Assembly: GCF_041886205.1 (NCBI RefSeq)
Contig: NZ_CP169029.1
Length of the DNA stretch: 64,000 nt
Origin: Escherichia coli
GTDB taxonomy: Bacteria > Pseudomonadota > Gammaproteobacteria > Enterobacterales > Enterobacteriaceae
Direction: 5' to 3' (one strand)
The notes under the pieces: generated by a model
What the model was told of the DNA's origin: nothing
The model's input: only the letters and a program-made list of their open reading frames with translations
The model's database searches: none
Shown here: positions 13,155 through 24,182 of the stretch, in pieces
How positions within the stretch are numbered: position 1 is the first letter of the stretch
Layout of the letters: each line of letters starts with the position of its first letter
Position numbers and translations under genes: made by a program

Positions 13155-13373
13155 TCAGGCGAGTTTTGCCTGATTGATTTGACTCAGTGGCTCATTGACA
13201 TCGAAAACTTTGGCGACAACTTCCTCAACGCCGAGATTTTTAAGTCGGGCAGTATGTTTTTCCAGATAGGCAAGGGCGCTTTTTTCATCAGTAAAAAGAT
13301 AGATCCCACCGGCTTCGTGGTTCTTTTCACTTTCTGTCCATACCTTCCACAGAAAACCAGGTTCCTGATTAAT
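13155..13373 (-). pseudogene. ydhR: ydhR, 3' fragment (codons about 31-101) separated from its 5' end by the IS insertion
   Basis: Reverse-complement translation reads ..[71 protein letters not shown]-stop; the frame is broken at 13373/13374 by the IS terminal repeat. Confidence 0.85.
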
Positions 13374-13415
13374 TGAACCGCCCCGGGTTTCCTGGAGAGT
13401 GTTTTATCTGTGAAC

Positions 13416-14306
13416 TCAGGCTGCCAGATCATCGTTTCCGATGGAAGCATAATAAGCTTTTTCTGCTTCTGCCGGAGGAGTATGGCCCAGCCTTTCCAGC
13501 AATCGTCGATTGTTATACCAGTCCACCCACGTGAGTGTGGCCAGTTCCACTTCTGCACGGTTTTTCCAGCTCTTACGGTGTATTACCTCCGCTTTGTAAA
13601 GACCATTGATGCTCTCCGCCATCGCGTTGTCATACGAGTCGCCTGTACTTCCTGTTGATGCCAGTAATCCGGCTTCCTTAAGCCGCTGTGTGTAGGCCAG
13701 CGATACATACTGAGAACCTTTATCACTGTGATGGACCGTGCCGGACGGTCGACGGGCCCATAACGCCTGCTCCAGTGCATCCAGCACGAATGTCGTTTCC
13801 ATGGACGATGAGACCCGCCACCCCACGATGTATCCGGCAAACACATCAATGATGAACGCCACATAGACGAAGCCCCGCCATGTGCTGACGTAAGTAAAAT
13901 CAGCCACCCACAGCTGGTCAGGTCGTTCTGCCACGAACTGACGGTTTACGCGGTCGCCTGCGGCAACGGCTTTCCGGCTGATGGTCGTACGGACCTTTTT
14001 ACCCCGGAGAACACCGGCAAGTCCCATAACCGCCATGAGACGTGCCACAGTGCATCTGGCCACTCTGATACCTTCCCGTAACAACTGACGCCAGACTTTA
14101 CGCACACCGTATACCTTGTGATTTTCATCGTATACGCGCTGTATCTCTTTCTTCAGCCAGTCATCGCGCTGCGCACGGGCACTGCGTTTATCCGGATGAT
14201 GTCGCTGTTGCTGACAGTGGTAATACGTTGACGGGGCAATATGCAGTTCGCTGCATAGCGGTCCGACCCCGTACTGCTCACGCAGCTTATCCAGCAGTGG
14301 CATCAT
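13416..14306 (-). CDS. IS3-family transposase OrfB (DDE catalytic domain)
   Basis: 296-aa [33 protein letters not shown].. with an integrase/DDE-type core; overlaps orfA in the -1 frame. Confidence 0.9.
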   Translation of the reverse strand: MMPLLDKLREQYGVGPLCSELHIAPSTYYHCQQQRHHPDKRSARAQRDDWLKKEIQRVYDENHKVYGVRKVWRQLLREGIRVARCTVARLMAVMGLAGVLRGKKVRTTISRKAVAAGDRVNRQFVAERPDQLWVADFTYVSTWRGFVYVAFIIDVFAGYIVGWRVSSSMETTFVLDALEQALWARRPSGTVHHSDKGSQYVSLAYTQRLKEAGLLASTGSTGDSYDNAMAESINGLYKAEVIHRKSWKNRAEVELATLTWVDWYNNRRLLERLGHTPPAEAEKAYYASIGNDDLAA

Positions 14307-14629
14307 TTTTTCCAGAGGCGGTCGAACTCCGCCTTCGCAAAATAAGCGGAAGCCTGGCGAAGGATATCGTTACTGCGGCGCAGTTCACGATTTTCACGTT
14401 CCAGCTCTTTCAGACGCTGACGTTCAGCGGTGGTGAGCCCTCCATCACCGCCCCCGGTATCCCGCTCATGCTGGCGAACCCAGACACGCAGAGTCTCCGG
14501 CGTACAGCCAATCTTTGGAGCAATGGAACAAATTGTCGCCCATTGTGAGTCATATTCGCTCTGACTTTCCAGAACCATACGGACTGCCCGTTGACGGACT
14601 TCGGGGGAAAAACGAGTATTTTTAGTCAT
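14303..14629 (-). CDS. IS3-family transposase OrfA (helix-turn-helix and leucine-zipper part)
   Basis: 108-aa [64 protein letters not shown]..., ending ..RLWKK at an A6 slippery run immediately before the orfB start. Confidence 0.9.
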   Translation of the reverse strand: MTKNTRFSPEVRQRAVRMVLESQSEYDSQWATICSIAPKIGCTPETLRVWVRQHERDTGGGDGGLTTAERQRLKELERENRELRRSNDILRQASAYFAKAEFDRLWKK

Positions 14630-14683
14630 CCTGTTTACCTCTTTCTCAGGAAGTTTAGTCTCCAGGATTCCCGGGGCGGTTCA

Positions 14684-14773
14684 AATCGACTCAGCAAGCG
14701 GTTTAAGCTGCTCAGCCATTGCGTCGCCAAATGGGCCATTAAAAGCAAAATGAAGTTGTAACAAAGTTGCCAT
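14684..14773 (-). pseudogene. ydhR: ydhR, 5' fragment (first 30 codons) upstream of the IS insertion
   Basis: Reverse complement encodes [30 protein letters not shown], then runs into the IS end. Confidence 0.85.
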
Positions 14774-14880
14774 AGCGATTCTCCTTCTGATAACGCATAC
14801 GAAGACAGTGTAAATCTTTTAACGTATTGGATACAGAGAAGAAACAGAGGGAAAAAGGAGAAGACCAGATTAAGAAAATC

Positions 14881-14957
14881 TGGTGCGTCCGAGTGGACTC
14901 GAACCACCGACCCCCACCATGTCAAGGTGGTGCTCTAACCAACTGAGCTACGGACGC
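14881..14957 (-). tRNA. tRNA-Val, first of a tandem pair (valV/valW locus; which copy is which not resolved)
   Basis: 77-nt reverse-complement sequence GCGTCCGTAGCTCAGTTGGTTAGAGCACCACCTTGACATGGTGGGGGTCGGTGGTTCGAGTCCACTCGGACGCACCA with encoded CCA end; anticodon read as GAC. Confidence 0.9.
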
Positions 14958-14961
14958 AGGA

Positions 14962-15038
14962 TGGTGCGTTCAATTGGACTCGAACCAACGACCCCCACCA
15001 TGTCAAGGTGGTGCTCTAACCAACTGAGCTATGAACGC
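14962..15038 (-). tRNA. tRNA-Val, second of the tandem pair
   Basis: 77-nt reverse-complement sequence GCGTTCATAGCTCAGTTGGTTAGAGCACCACCTTGACATGGTGGGGGTCGTTGGTTCGAGTCCAATTGAACGCACCA; differs from its neighbour only in the acceptor and T stems. Confidence 0.9.
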
Positions 15039-15345
15039 AACGTTGTAGGTGACAACGGGGACGAATATTAGCGGCAGAGTGGGAAGGTGGCAAGAGGCAA
15101 AACGTAATTTTCTGCGCTATTTCGACCGTTTGCAGAGCTTTTAAGCAAATTGGCTATATTTTGTTGATTTGCAAGGGCGATTTTTATTCAGGATCGCATT
15201 TACATCTGATACAACCCAATAATTCGTGTATCAGAGTTTAAACAGAGTTGTTTGCCACCATCTCAAATCTGTCGTGGATAAATCCTCCGTAGCCTTTACA
15301 CTTAGGTAGCAATAAAGGCACACAGATGCAGCAAAGGAATAAATC

Positions 15346-16602
15346 ATGGGATCTGATGCGAAAAACTTGATGAGCGACGGGAATGTGCAAATTGTTAAGA
15401 CCGGCGAGGTCATTGGCGCGACGCAACTTACTGAAGGCGAGTTGATTGTTGAAGCTGGCGGAAGAGCCGAAAATACCGTGGTCACGGGGGCTGGCTGGTT
15501 GAAAGTGGCAACCGGTGGGATCGCCAAATGTACACAGTACGGTAACAATGGCACGCTATCGGTCAGCGACGGTGCCATTGCCACAGATATTGTTCAGTCC
15601 GAGGGAGGCGCAATTAGTCTCTCTACGCTCGCTACGGTTAATGGCCGCCATCCCGAAGGTGAATTCAGCGTTGATCAGGGTTATGCCTGCGGTTTGTTGC
15701 TGGAAAATGGCGGTAACCTGCGTGTACTGGAAGGACATCGCGCGGAAAAAATCATTCTCGATCAAGAGGGCGGCCTGTTGGTTAATGGGACAACCTCAGC
15801 GGTCGTGGTAGATGAAGGTGGTGAATTGTTGGTGTATCCAAGTGGGGAAGCCAGCAATTGTGAGATTAATCAGGGCGGCGTTTTTATGCTGGCCGGGAAA
15901 GCCAGTGATACGTTGCTTGCTGGTGGCACCATGAATAATCTCGGTGGTGAAGACTCTGACACTATTGTTGAGAATGGATCCATTTATCGTCTGGGGACGG
16001 ATGGCCTTCAGCTCTACAGTTCCGGTAAGACGCAAAACCTGTCCGTGAATGTGGGTGGTCGGGCTGAAGTGCATGCCGGTACGCTGGAAAATGCGGTAAT
16101 ACAAGGTGGGACAGTGATCCTGTTGTCACCCACCAGCGCGGACGAAAATTTTGTCGTAGAGGAAGATCGCGCACCGGTTGAACTGACCGGGAGTGTTGCA
16201 TTACTGGACGGCGCTTCAATGATTATTGGCTATGGCGCAGATCTGCAACAATCAACGATTACTGTACAGCAGGGCGGTGTATTGATTCTCGACGGCAGTA
16301 CGGTAAAAGGTGACAGTGTCACTTTAAATGTTGGTAACATCAATCTAAATGGCGGAAAACTGTGGCTAATCACTGGTGCGGCAACGCATGTGCAACTGAA
16401 AGTGAAACGCCTGCGCGGAGAGGGAGCGATTTGCCTGCAAACCAGTGCGAAAGAAATTTCACCTGACTTCATCAATGTGAAAGGGGAAGTTACCGGTGAT
16501 ATACACGTTGAGATAACAGATGCCAGTCGGCAAACTCTGTGTAACGCACTGAAACTACAGCCAGACGAAGACGGGATTGGCGCAACGCTCCAGCCTGCGT
16601 AA
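15346..16602 (+). CDS. ydhQ: AIDA-like repeat protein YdhQ (autotransporter-passenger-like, no translocator domain)
   Basis: 418-aa ORF rich in Gly/Thr/Val imperfect repeats typical of a beta-helical adhesin passenger; no obvious signal peptide or C-terminal beta-barrel. Confidence 0.8.
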   Translation: MGSDAKNLMSDGNVQIVKTGEVIGATQLTEGELIVEAGGRAENTVVTGAGWLKVATGGIAKCTQYGNNGTLSVSDGAIATDIVQSEGGAISLSTLATVNGRHPEGEFSVDQGYACGLLLENGGNLRVLEGHRAEKIILDQEGGLLVNGTTSAVVVDEGGELLVYPSGEASNCEINQGGVFMLAGKASDTLLAGGTMNNLGGEDSDTIVENGSIYRLGTDGLQLYSSGKTQNLSVNVGGRAEVHAGTLENAVIQGGTVILLSPTSADENFVVEEDRAPVELTGSVALLDGASMIIGYGADLQQSTITVQQGGVLILDGSTVKGDSVTLNVGNINLNGGKLWLITGAATHVQLKVKRLRGEGAICLQTSAKEISPDFINVKGEVTGDIHVEITDASRQTLCNALKLQPDEDGIGATLQPA

Positions 16603-16640
16603 AAACACAGGCGCAACCCGTGAAGGTTGCGCCTTGTCTT
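16601..16640. terminator. Bidirectional intrinsic terminator between convergent ydhQ and mdtK
   Basis: 10-bp stem aggcgcaacc/ggttgcgcct with 6-nt loop, A5 upstream and a T-rich tail downstream. Confidence 0.7.
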
Positions 16641-16642
16641 TA

Positions 16643-18037
<1,395 letters not shown>

Positions 18038-18230
18038 TTATATGAGAGACTAAAAAGCCGCCTGAATGGGCAGCAAAAAGAAGAAGCAGGGGAAATTCAG
18101 TCTATTGTAGCGAGGATTTATTAATTCTCCAGTGAAAAAATAGTCATTCTTACCCCTTCACTGGTAAGGGCGTTTGCCACCTGCTATTGTGCTGAACAGA
18201 ATGTCTTAACTGATTTCAGGAGTTGTAAGT

Positions 18231-18872
18231 ATGTTTACGGGGATTGTACAGGGCACCGCAAAACTGGTGTCGATTGACGAGAAACCAAATTTTCGCACAC
18301 ATGTGGTGGAGTTACCCGACCACATGCTGGACGGTCTGGAAACCGGTGCTTCCGTGGCGCATAACGGTTGCTGCCTGACCGTGACGGAAATTAACGGCAA
18401 CCATGTCAGTTTTGACCTGATGAAAGAAACGTTGCGCATTACCAATCTTGGCGATTTAAAAGTGGGGGATTGGGTAAACGTTGAGCGTGCGGCGAAATTC
18501 AGTGATGAAATTGGCGGACACTTAATGTCAGGTCATATTATGACTACCGCTGAAGTAGCGAAAATATTAACCTCGGAAAATAATCGCCAGATCTGGTTTA
18601 AAGTCCAGGATAGTCAGTTGATGAAATATATTCTGTACAAAGGATTTATTGGCATCGACGGTATTAGCCTGACCGTCGGCGAAGTCACGCCAACGCGTTT
18701 TTGCGTCCATTTAATTCCGGAAACACTGGAACGCACGACTCTTGGGAAGAAAAAACTTGGCGCACGCGTCAACATTGAAATCGATCCACAAACTCAGGCA
18801 GTGGTAGATACGGTAGAACGTGTGCTGGCGGCACGAGAAAATGCCATGAATCAACCAGGTACAGAAGCCTGA
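18231..18872 (+). CDS. ribC: Riboflavin synthase (alpha subunit)
   Basis: 213-aa [34 protein letters not shown].. with the two-lumazine-binding-repeat architecture. Confidence 0.9.
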   Translation: MFTGIVQGTAKLVSIDEKPNFRTHVVELPDHMLDGLETGASVAHNGCCLTVTEINGNHVSFDLMKETLRITNLGDLKVGDWVNVERAAKFSDEIGGHLMSGHIMTTAEVAKILTSENNRQIWFKVQDSQLMKYILYKGFIGIDGISLTVGEVTPTRFCVHLIPETLERTTLGKKKLGARVNIEIDPQTQAVVDTVERVLAARENAMNQPGTEA

Positions 18873-18911
18873 TCTGAAATCGCCCCCGGAGAGGGGGCGA
18901 TAGAATAGCCT

Positions 18912-20060
18912 TTAGCGAGCCACTCGAAGGCCGTTTTCAACACCGCGTGAGAACACGACCTGCCAGAGCTGAATATCACGGGCGCGGAAAGCACCTGCAC
19001 AGGCATTCAGATAATAGGTAAACATTCGTTTAAAGCGTTCACTGTAGTTATCCGCAATTTCTGGCCATGCGGCGAGGAATCGTTCATACCACGCCATCAA
19101 CGTAGTATCGTAATCAGCACCGAAGTTATGCCAGTCTTCCATCACAAAGTGGGGTTCGCTGGATTGAGCAATCTGGCGTACAGAGGGCAGGCAACCGTTC
19201 GGAAAAATATATTTATTAATCCAGGGATCAACATTCAGATCGGTTTTTTTCGAACCGATAGTATGGAGCAGGAATATACCTTCCGGTTTCAAATTACGAT
19301 CCACCACCGCAAAATAGGTATCGTAATTTTTCGGTCCGACGTGCTCGAACATCCCCACAGAAACAATACGATCAAACTGGTCGTTCAGGTCACGATAATC
19401 TTGCAGCAAAATGGTGACATCCAGGCCTTCACAGCGTTCCTGAGCCATTTTTTGCTGTTCGGCAGAAATGGTGACGCCGACCACGCTTACGTCATAGTTA
19501 GATGCCATGTAGTGCGCCAGTCCGCCCCAGCCGCAGCCAATATCCAGTACGCGCATCCCTGGTTTTAACTGCAATTTTTCACAAATCATTTTGAGCTTCG
19601 CCTGCTGGGCAGATTCCAGATTATCGGCATCTTTCCAGTAAGCGCAGGAATATTGCATGAAGGGATCAAGCATGCGGCTGAACAAGTCATTACCCAAATC
19701 GTAATGCTCCTTGCCGACTATCCAGGCACGTTTTTTACTCTGCAGATTGAAGAGACGAGCGCCGGCAATACGCAGCGTGTCTTTGAAATGATGGGGGAGT
19801 TGGTTCTCGAGACCTGCGCGTAAGACTTTGCTAAAAAACATATCCAGTCGGTCACATTCCCACCAGCCATCCATATAACTTTCGCCTAACCCCAAAGAGC
19901 CTTCTTGCAGAACGCGTTTAAAAAAATCGGGGTTTTTCACACGAATATCCGCCGGGGCAGAACCGTTAATGGCTATACCGGCACGGCTAAGTAATTCGTT
20001 GGCGATACGGTACCAGTTGTCATCCGGTACACTGACTTCTTCTATACACGATGAACTCAT
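18912..20060 (-). CDS. cfa: Cyclopropane-fatty-acyl-phospholipid synthase
   Basis: 382-aa ORF with SAM-methyltransferase motif VLDIGCGWGGLA. Confidence 0.92.
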   Translation of the reverse strand: MSSSCIEEVSVPDDNWYRIANELLSRAGIAINGSAPADIRVKNPDFFKRVLQEGSLGLGESYMDGWWECDRLDMFFSKVLRAGLENQLPHHFKDTLRIAGARLFNLQSKKRAWIVGKEHYDLGNDLFSRMLDPFMQYSCAYWKDADNLESAQQAKLKMICEKLQLKPGMRVLDIGCGWGGLAHYMASNYDVSVVGVTISAEQQKMAQERCEGLDVTILLQDYRDLNDQFDRIVSVGMFEHVGPKNYDTYFAVVDRNLKPEGIFLLHTIGSKKTDLNVDPWINKYIFPNGCLPSVRQIAQSSEPHFVMEDWHNFGADYDTTLMAWYERFLAAWPEIADNYSERFKRMFTYYLNACAGAFRARDIQLWQVVFSRGVENGLRVAR

Positions 20061-20350
20061 AGTTTCTCCATCACTGGTCGGTGATCAGAACCTTAAAACA
20101 GCGTAGACGCTTTTTGGGCTTTGTGAGAAATCTCGCAGAAAAAACCGCGAGTCTATAATCCGACGTAGAACAGAGGGAAAGGAGGAACCCTTGCCGAAAT
20201 GACCATCCATAGTGAGTCGGGAACGATCCTGTCCCCGTAAAAACATAATATTTATCGTAGCTTTAACAACTCGAAATTAGTATAGGCCGCTAATTTCAAT
20301 CATACAACAAAATTTTGTTAGCAGCCTAAGTATAAGTATATCGATATAGA

Positions 20351-21562
20351 TCAGTGTGATTCGCTATGAGCGACTTCGGCATTGCCATGATTCTGGCAGC
20401 CAACTTCTTCACAACGTTGCATCATGTAACCCAGCGCGACCAGCACTACTGTTGATAACATCACGCTGGTGGTGGTGAGCAATGGCGTGCTGATACTGAT
20501 CAGCCAGGAAACTACCAGACTTGCGAGGAAGCACAGACCCAGTTGTAGAGTGTTCTGCAACGCTGCGGCGCGACCAGTTGCGTGTGGGAAGGGACGCAGC
20601 GCCTGGGCGACAACAATAGGGTAGATCGCGCCATTGGCAATCGCCATCACACAGAATGGGATCAGAATTTCGACCAGCGACACATGGCTAATGAAGCCCG
20701 CAGCCCAGGTCGCAATGACGCTGACAGCAAACAGCACCAGCAACCACGGTAATAACTGCTTGCCTTGCCATTTCTGCAGCGCGGCGCGACAGCCATAACC
20801 ACCAATCAGAAACGCGATAGTTTGCGGGACATAACTTAAACCAATAACTGCCGGGCTGTAGCCCATTTCACTAAGGATGAACGGTGAACCGGTCAGCCAT
20901 GCAAAAAAACTGGCTGAACAGGCCGCGTATATCAGCACGTTGCCGCGATAGGTTTTAGAACGTAGCAGGTCGGTAAAGGTCAGACCATCCTGACTATTGT
21001 TACGGGCCTTCGTCGTGGGTTTGAGCCAGAAAATAGGCAGAATCAGCACCACGGTAATGGCAAACAGGGTGGCGAAAATCGCTTGCCAGGAAAAATGGAC
21101 CAGCAGCCAGCTTCCTAACAGAGGAGCCAGGGCCGGAGATAGACCCACCAGCGGCATGATGGTCGCAAAAATTCGGTTAACTTTCTGTGAAGGATAATAA
21201 TCCGTCACTAACGCTTGCCAGATAACCGCCGCGGCGCAGACACCCACAGCCTGTACAAAACGCAATACCAGCAGCGTAGCGGCGTTTTCTACCCACAGCA
21301 TCCCCAGACTACCTAACGCAAAAATTGTCAGGCCGATTAATAATACCGGTTTACGACCATAACGGTCGGAGAGCGGCCCCCACAGAAGCTGGGCTGCGGC
21401 AAAACCGGCAAGGAACAGACTAAGGCTGGCACTGACAGCAGACGCAGGCGTTTGCAGGTCGGCCTGTATGGCGGCGAAAGCAGGCAGATACATATCGGTT
21501 GCCAGAAAACCGAGTACGCTCAAACCCGCCAGCCAGACTAAAAATCTTTTCCCAGGTTGCAT
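20351..21562 (-). CDS. punC: MFS transporter PunC (YdhC), purine nucleoside transporter
   Basis: 403-aa 12-TM MFS ORF, divergent from a LysR-type regulator gene. Confidence 0.85.
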   Translation of the reverse strand: MQPGKRFLVWLAGLSVLGFLATDMYLPAFAAIQADLQTPASAVSASLSLFLAGFAAAQLLWGPLSDRYGRKPVLLIGLTIFALGSLGMLWVENAATLLVLRFVQAVGVCAAAVIWQALVTDYYPSQKVNRIFATIMPLVGLSPALAPLLGSWLLVHFSWQAIFATLFAITVVLILPIFWLKPTTKARNNSQDGLTFTDLLRSKTYRGNVLIYAACSASFFAWLTGSPFILSEMGYSPAVIGLSYVPQTIAFLIGGYGCRAALQKWQGKQLLPWLLVLFAVSVIATWAAGFISHVSLVEILIPFCVMAIANGAIYPIVVAQALRPFPHATGRAAALQNTLQLGLCFLASLVVSWLISISTPLLTTTSVMLSTVVLVALGYMMQRCEEVGCQNHGNAEVAHSESH

Positions 21563-21674
21563 GTATATTCTCTAAATCTCTCAATTAAACACCGCCGCAA
21601 AGTGTAGGGAGTGAAATTAGTGTTGTGAAACGGTAATATTTGATGACTGGTTTCAAAAATTTTGCAGGCAGACT

Positions 21675-22607
21675 ATGTGGTCAGAATATTCACTCGAAGT
21701 TGTTGATGCGGTAGCGCGTAATGGTAGTTTTAGCGCTGCGGCACAGGAGCTGCATCGCGTTCCTTCTGCGGTCAGCTATACCGTGCGTCAGCTGGAAGAG
21801 TGGCTGGCGGTGCCGCTCTTTGAAAGACGGCACCGTGATGTGGAACTGACCGCTGCCGGGGCGTGGTTTCTCAAAGAAGGGCGCTCTGTTGTCAAAAAAA
21901 TGCAGATCACCCGCCAGCAATGTCAGCAGATAGCGAACGGCTGGCGCGGTCAGTTAGCTATCGCAGTGGATAATATTGTCAGGCCAGAACGTACACGGCA
22001 GATGATCGTTGATTTTTATCGCCATTTTGACGACGTCGAACTTCTGGTCTTTCAGGAAGTGTTTAACGGTGTCTGGGATGCGCTTTCCGATGGGCGCGTG
22101 GAACTGGCGATTGGCGCAACACGCGCGATTCCGGTAGGCGGTCGTTATGCCTTCCGGGATATGGGGATGCTAAGCTGGAGTTGCGTTGTTGCCAGCCACC
22201 ACCCGCTGGCGTTGATGGATGGCCCGTTCAGCGATGATACGTTGCGCAACTGGCCGTCGTTGGTGCGCGAAGACACCTCGCGAACGCTACCTAAACGTAT
22301 TACCTGGTTGCTGGATAACCAAAAAAGAGTTGTCGTGCCTGACTGGGAATCATCGGCAACCTGTATCTCGGCAGGATTATGCATAGGGATGGTGCCAACA
22401 CATTTCGCCAAACCGTGGCTTAATGAGGGGAAGTGGGTAGCACTTGAATTGGAGAACCCCTTCCCGGATTCGGCATGTTGTCTGACATGGCAGCAAAATG
22501 ATATGTCGCCTGCGTTAACCTGGCTGCTTGAGTATCTCGGCGATAGTGAGACGCTGAATAAGGAGTGGCTGCGGGAGCCGGAAGAGACTCCCGCAACGGG
22601 TGATTAA
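21675..22607 (+). CDS. punR: LysR-family transcriptional regulator PunR (YdhB)
   Basis: 310-aa ORF with N-terminal wHTH ([32 protein letters not shown]); divergent from punC. Confidence 0.85.
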
Positions 22608-23629
22608 CGACGATAGTCGCGGAACGGGCCGTCAGCCACGGAGCGGCGTTCAATCAAACGCGGATGCACTTCAATGGACTGCGGTTCTTCACGTTTGTTG
22701 ACGATACGATCCAACAGCATGTTGAACGCTGTTTCACCCAGCGAATCTTTTGGCTGATGGATCGTGGTCAGCGCCGGCGTAAAATAGCGCGCGTTGCGCA
22801 CGTTATCATAACCGATCAGCGAAACATCCTGCGGGACGCGCAGGCCCATTTCATCAGCAGCACAAAGTGCGCCCATTGCCATGATATCGCCACCACAGAA
22901 GACGGCAGTAGGGCGATGCGGCTGCGACAGGATTTGCTGCATGGCGCGATAACCAGATTCGGGTTCAAAGTCACCCTGCACAATCCAGCTTTCCGGCACC
23001 TTTATCATCGCTTCTTCCATCGCCTTCATAAAACCGGCAAGGCGGCCTGCGCCGGTGTTACGTTCCAGCGGGCCGGGGATGACGCCGATTTCGCGGTGGC
23101 CGCGTTCAATCAGATAACGCCCGGCCATGTAGCCGCCTTCGAACGCGTTATCAATGACCGCATCGGTGAAGTCAGCTTTTGCTTCACCCCAGTCCATGAC
23201 CACCATTGGGATATGGCGATACTCTTCCAGCATCGCCAGCAACGGCTCTGGGTACTCAGAACACATCACCAGCAGACCATCGACGCGTTTTTGCGCCATC
23301 ATCGACAGATAAGCCCGCTGTTTCTCAAGATTGTTCCACGCATTACCCAGAATCAGGGTGTAACCTTTCTGGAAGCAATTTTTTTCAACCGCTTCAATGA
23401 TCTCGGCAAAATAGGCCGCTTCGCTGCTGGTCGCCAGCAAACCGATAGACTTGGTGTGGTTAACCTTCAGGCTACGCGCCACCGCGCTAGGGGAGTAGTG
23501 TAATTCTTTAATCGCTGCCCACACGGCGTTGCGCGTTTCTTCAGCGACGAAACGTGTTTTGTTGATCACGTGTGACACAGTTGTAGTGGAAACGTTTGCT
23601 CGTTTCGCTACATCTTTTATTGTTGCCAT
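22604..23629 (-). CDS. purR: Purine repressor PurR (LacI family)
   Basis: 341-aa [60 protein letters not shown].. matching PurR. Confidence 0.95.
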
Positions 23630-23673
23630 TCCATTTCACTCCAGACCCTAACTTCAGCTCCTGCAAAATCGCA

Positions 23674-23689
23674 AGGTAAACGTTTGCCT
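23674..23689 (-). promoter_or_regulatory. PurR operator-like palindrome (candidate autoregulatory O1) in the purR leader
   Basis: AGGTAAACGTTTGCCT, a near-perfect 16-bp palindrome resembling the PUR box core AAACGTTT, 45 bp upstream of the purR start. Confidence 0.6.
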
Positions 23690-23927
23690 TTACACACCTT
23701 ACGCACAACAAAAGTGTTGCGGTACGCCGGAAAAACGACACGGAGCGTCAGGAAGGGGTCAATGGCCAGTACGCAAATAGTGTAAGCGTGGAATTTTGGC
23801 CGATCTTGACGAAAAGGGGAAGTGGTAAAAACACTTATCATTATAAATGACGGGAGATTTTTTCATCACAGTGTGTAAAAATGCGTAATATCACTTTTTG
23901 TGTGGTAATAAAAAAGGAGAAAACTTG

Positions 23928-24017
23928 ATGAGCACCGACCTTAAATTTTCACTGGTAACAACGATTATCGTCCTCGGTTTGATCGTGGCCGTGGGTTTGA
24001 CTGCCGCGCTGCACTGA
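23928..24017 (+). CDS. ynhF: Small membrane protein YnhF (29 aa)
   Basis: ATG preceded by AAGGAGA Shine-Dalgarno; encodes MSTDLKFSLVTTIIVLGLIVAVGLTAALH, a single predicted transmembrane helix; not in the supplied ORF track because it is under 60 aa. Confidence 0.7.
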   Translation: MSTDLKFSLVTTIIVLGLIVAVGLTAALH

Positions 24018-24182
24018 TTTCCTCTCGAGGGAGCGCGTTCTCCCTCGCATCTCCTTCCTGTTTGTTAGCAAAATGGCAAAAGTGTTTTCTCTTTTTGTTA
24101 TTTTCATTTTTTTGTGATTGCTGTCATGCTTTCGCCACTTTAATGAATATCGCGTAATGACGCGAAGAGGTGGAGATAAGGC

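Larger units (their letters stand above)
13374..14683 (-). mobile_element. IS3-family insertion sequence, IS629/IS1203-like, 1310 bp, inserted in ydhR
   Basis: Imperfect terminal inverted repeats beginning TGAACCGCCCCGGG at both ends; carries orfA and orfB; flanked by a 3-bp direct repeat AAT (13371..13373 and 14684..14686); removing the element and one AAT copy restores an intact 101-codon ydhR. Confidence 0.9.

Noticed and set aside
13184-13558. 124-aa minus-strand ORF spanning the IS end and the ydhR 3' fragment
   Set aside because: Crosses the IS terminal repeat and is out of frame with both ydhR and orfB; artefact of the insertion junction
14635-14925. 96-aa minus-strand ORF and 62-aa plus-strand ORF 14883..15071
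   Set aside because: They overlap the ydhR 5' fragment and the two tRNA-Val genes; the peptide pattern is the usual translation of tRNA sequence
18876-18903. Hairpin atcgccccc-ggaga-gggggcgat between ribC and cfa as a bidirectional terminator
   Set aside because: The stem is good but neither side has a convincing U-tract, so it is not listed as a feature; it may still act as a weak terminator or a REP-like element
22664-23503. 279-aa plus-strand ORF
   Set aside because: Antisense to purR, which is recognisable over its whole length
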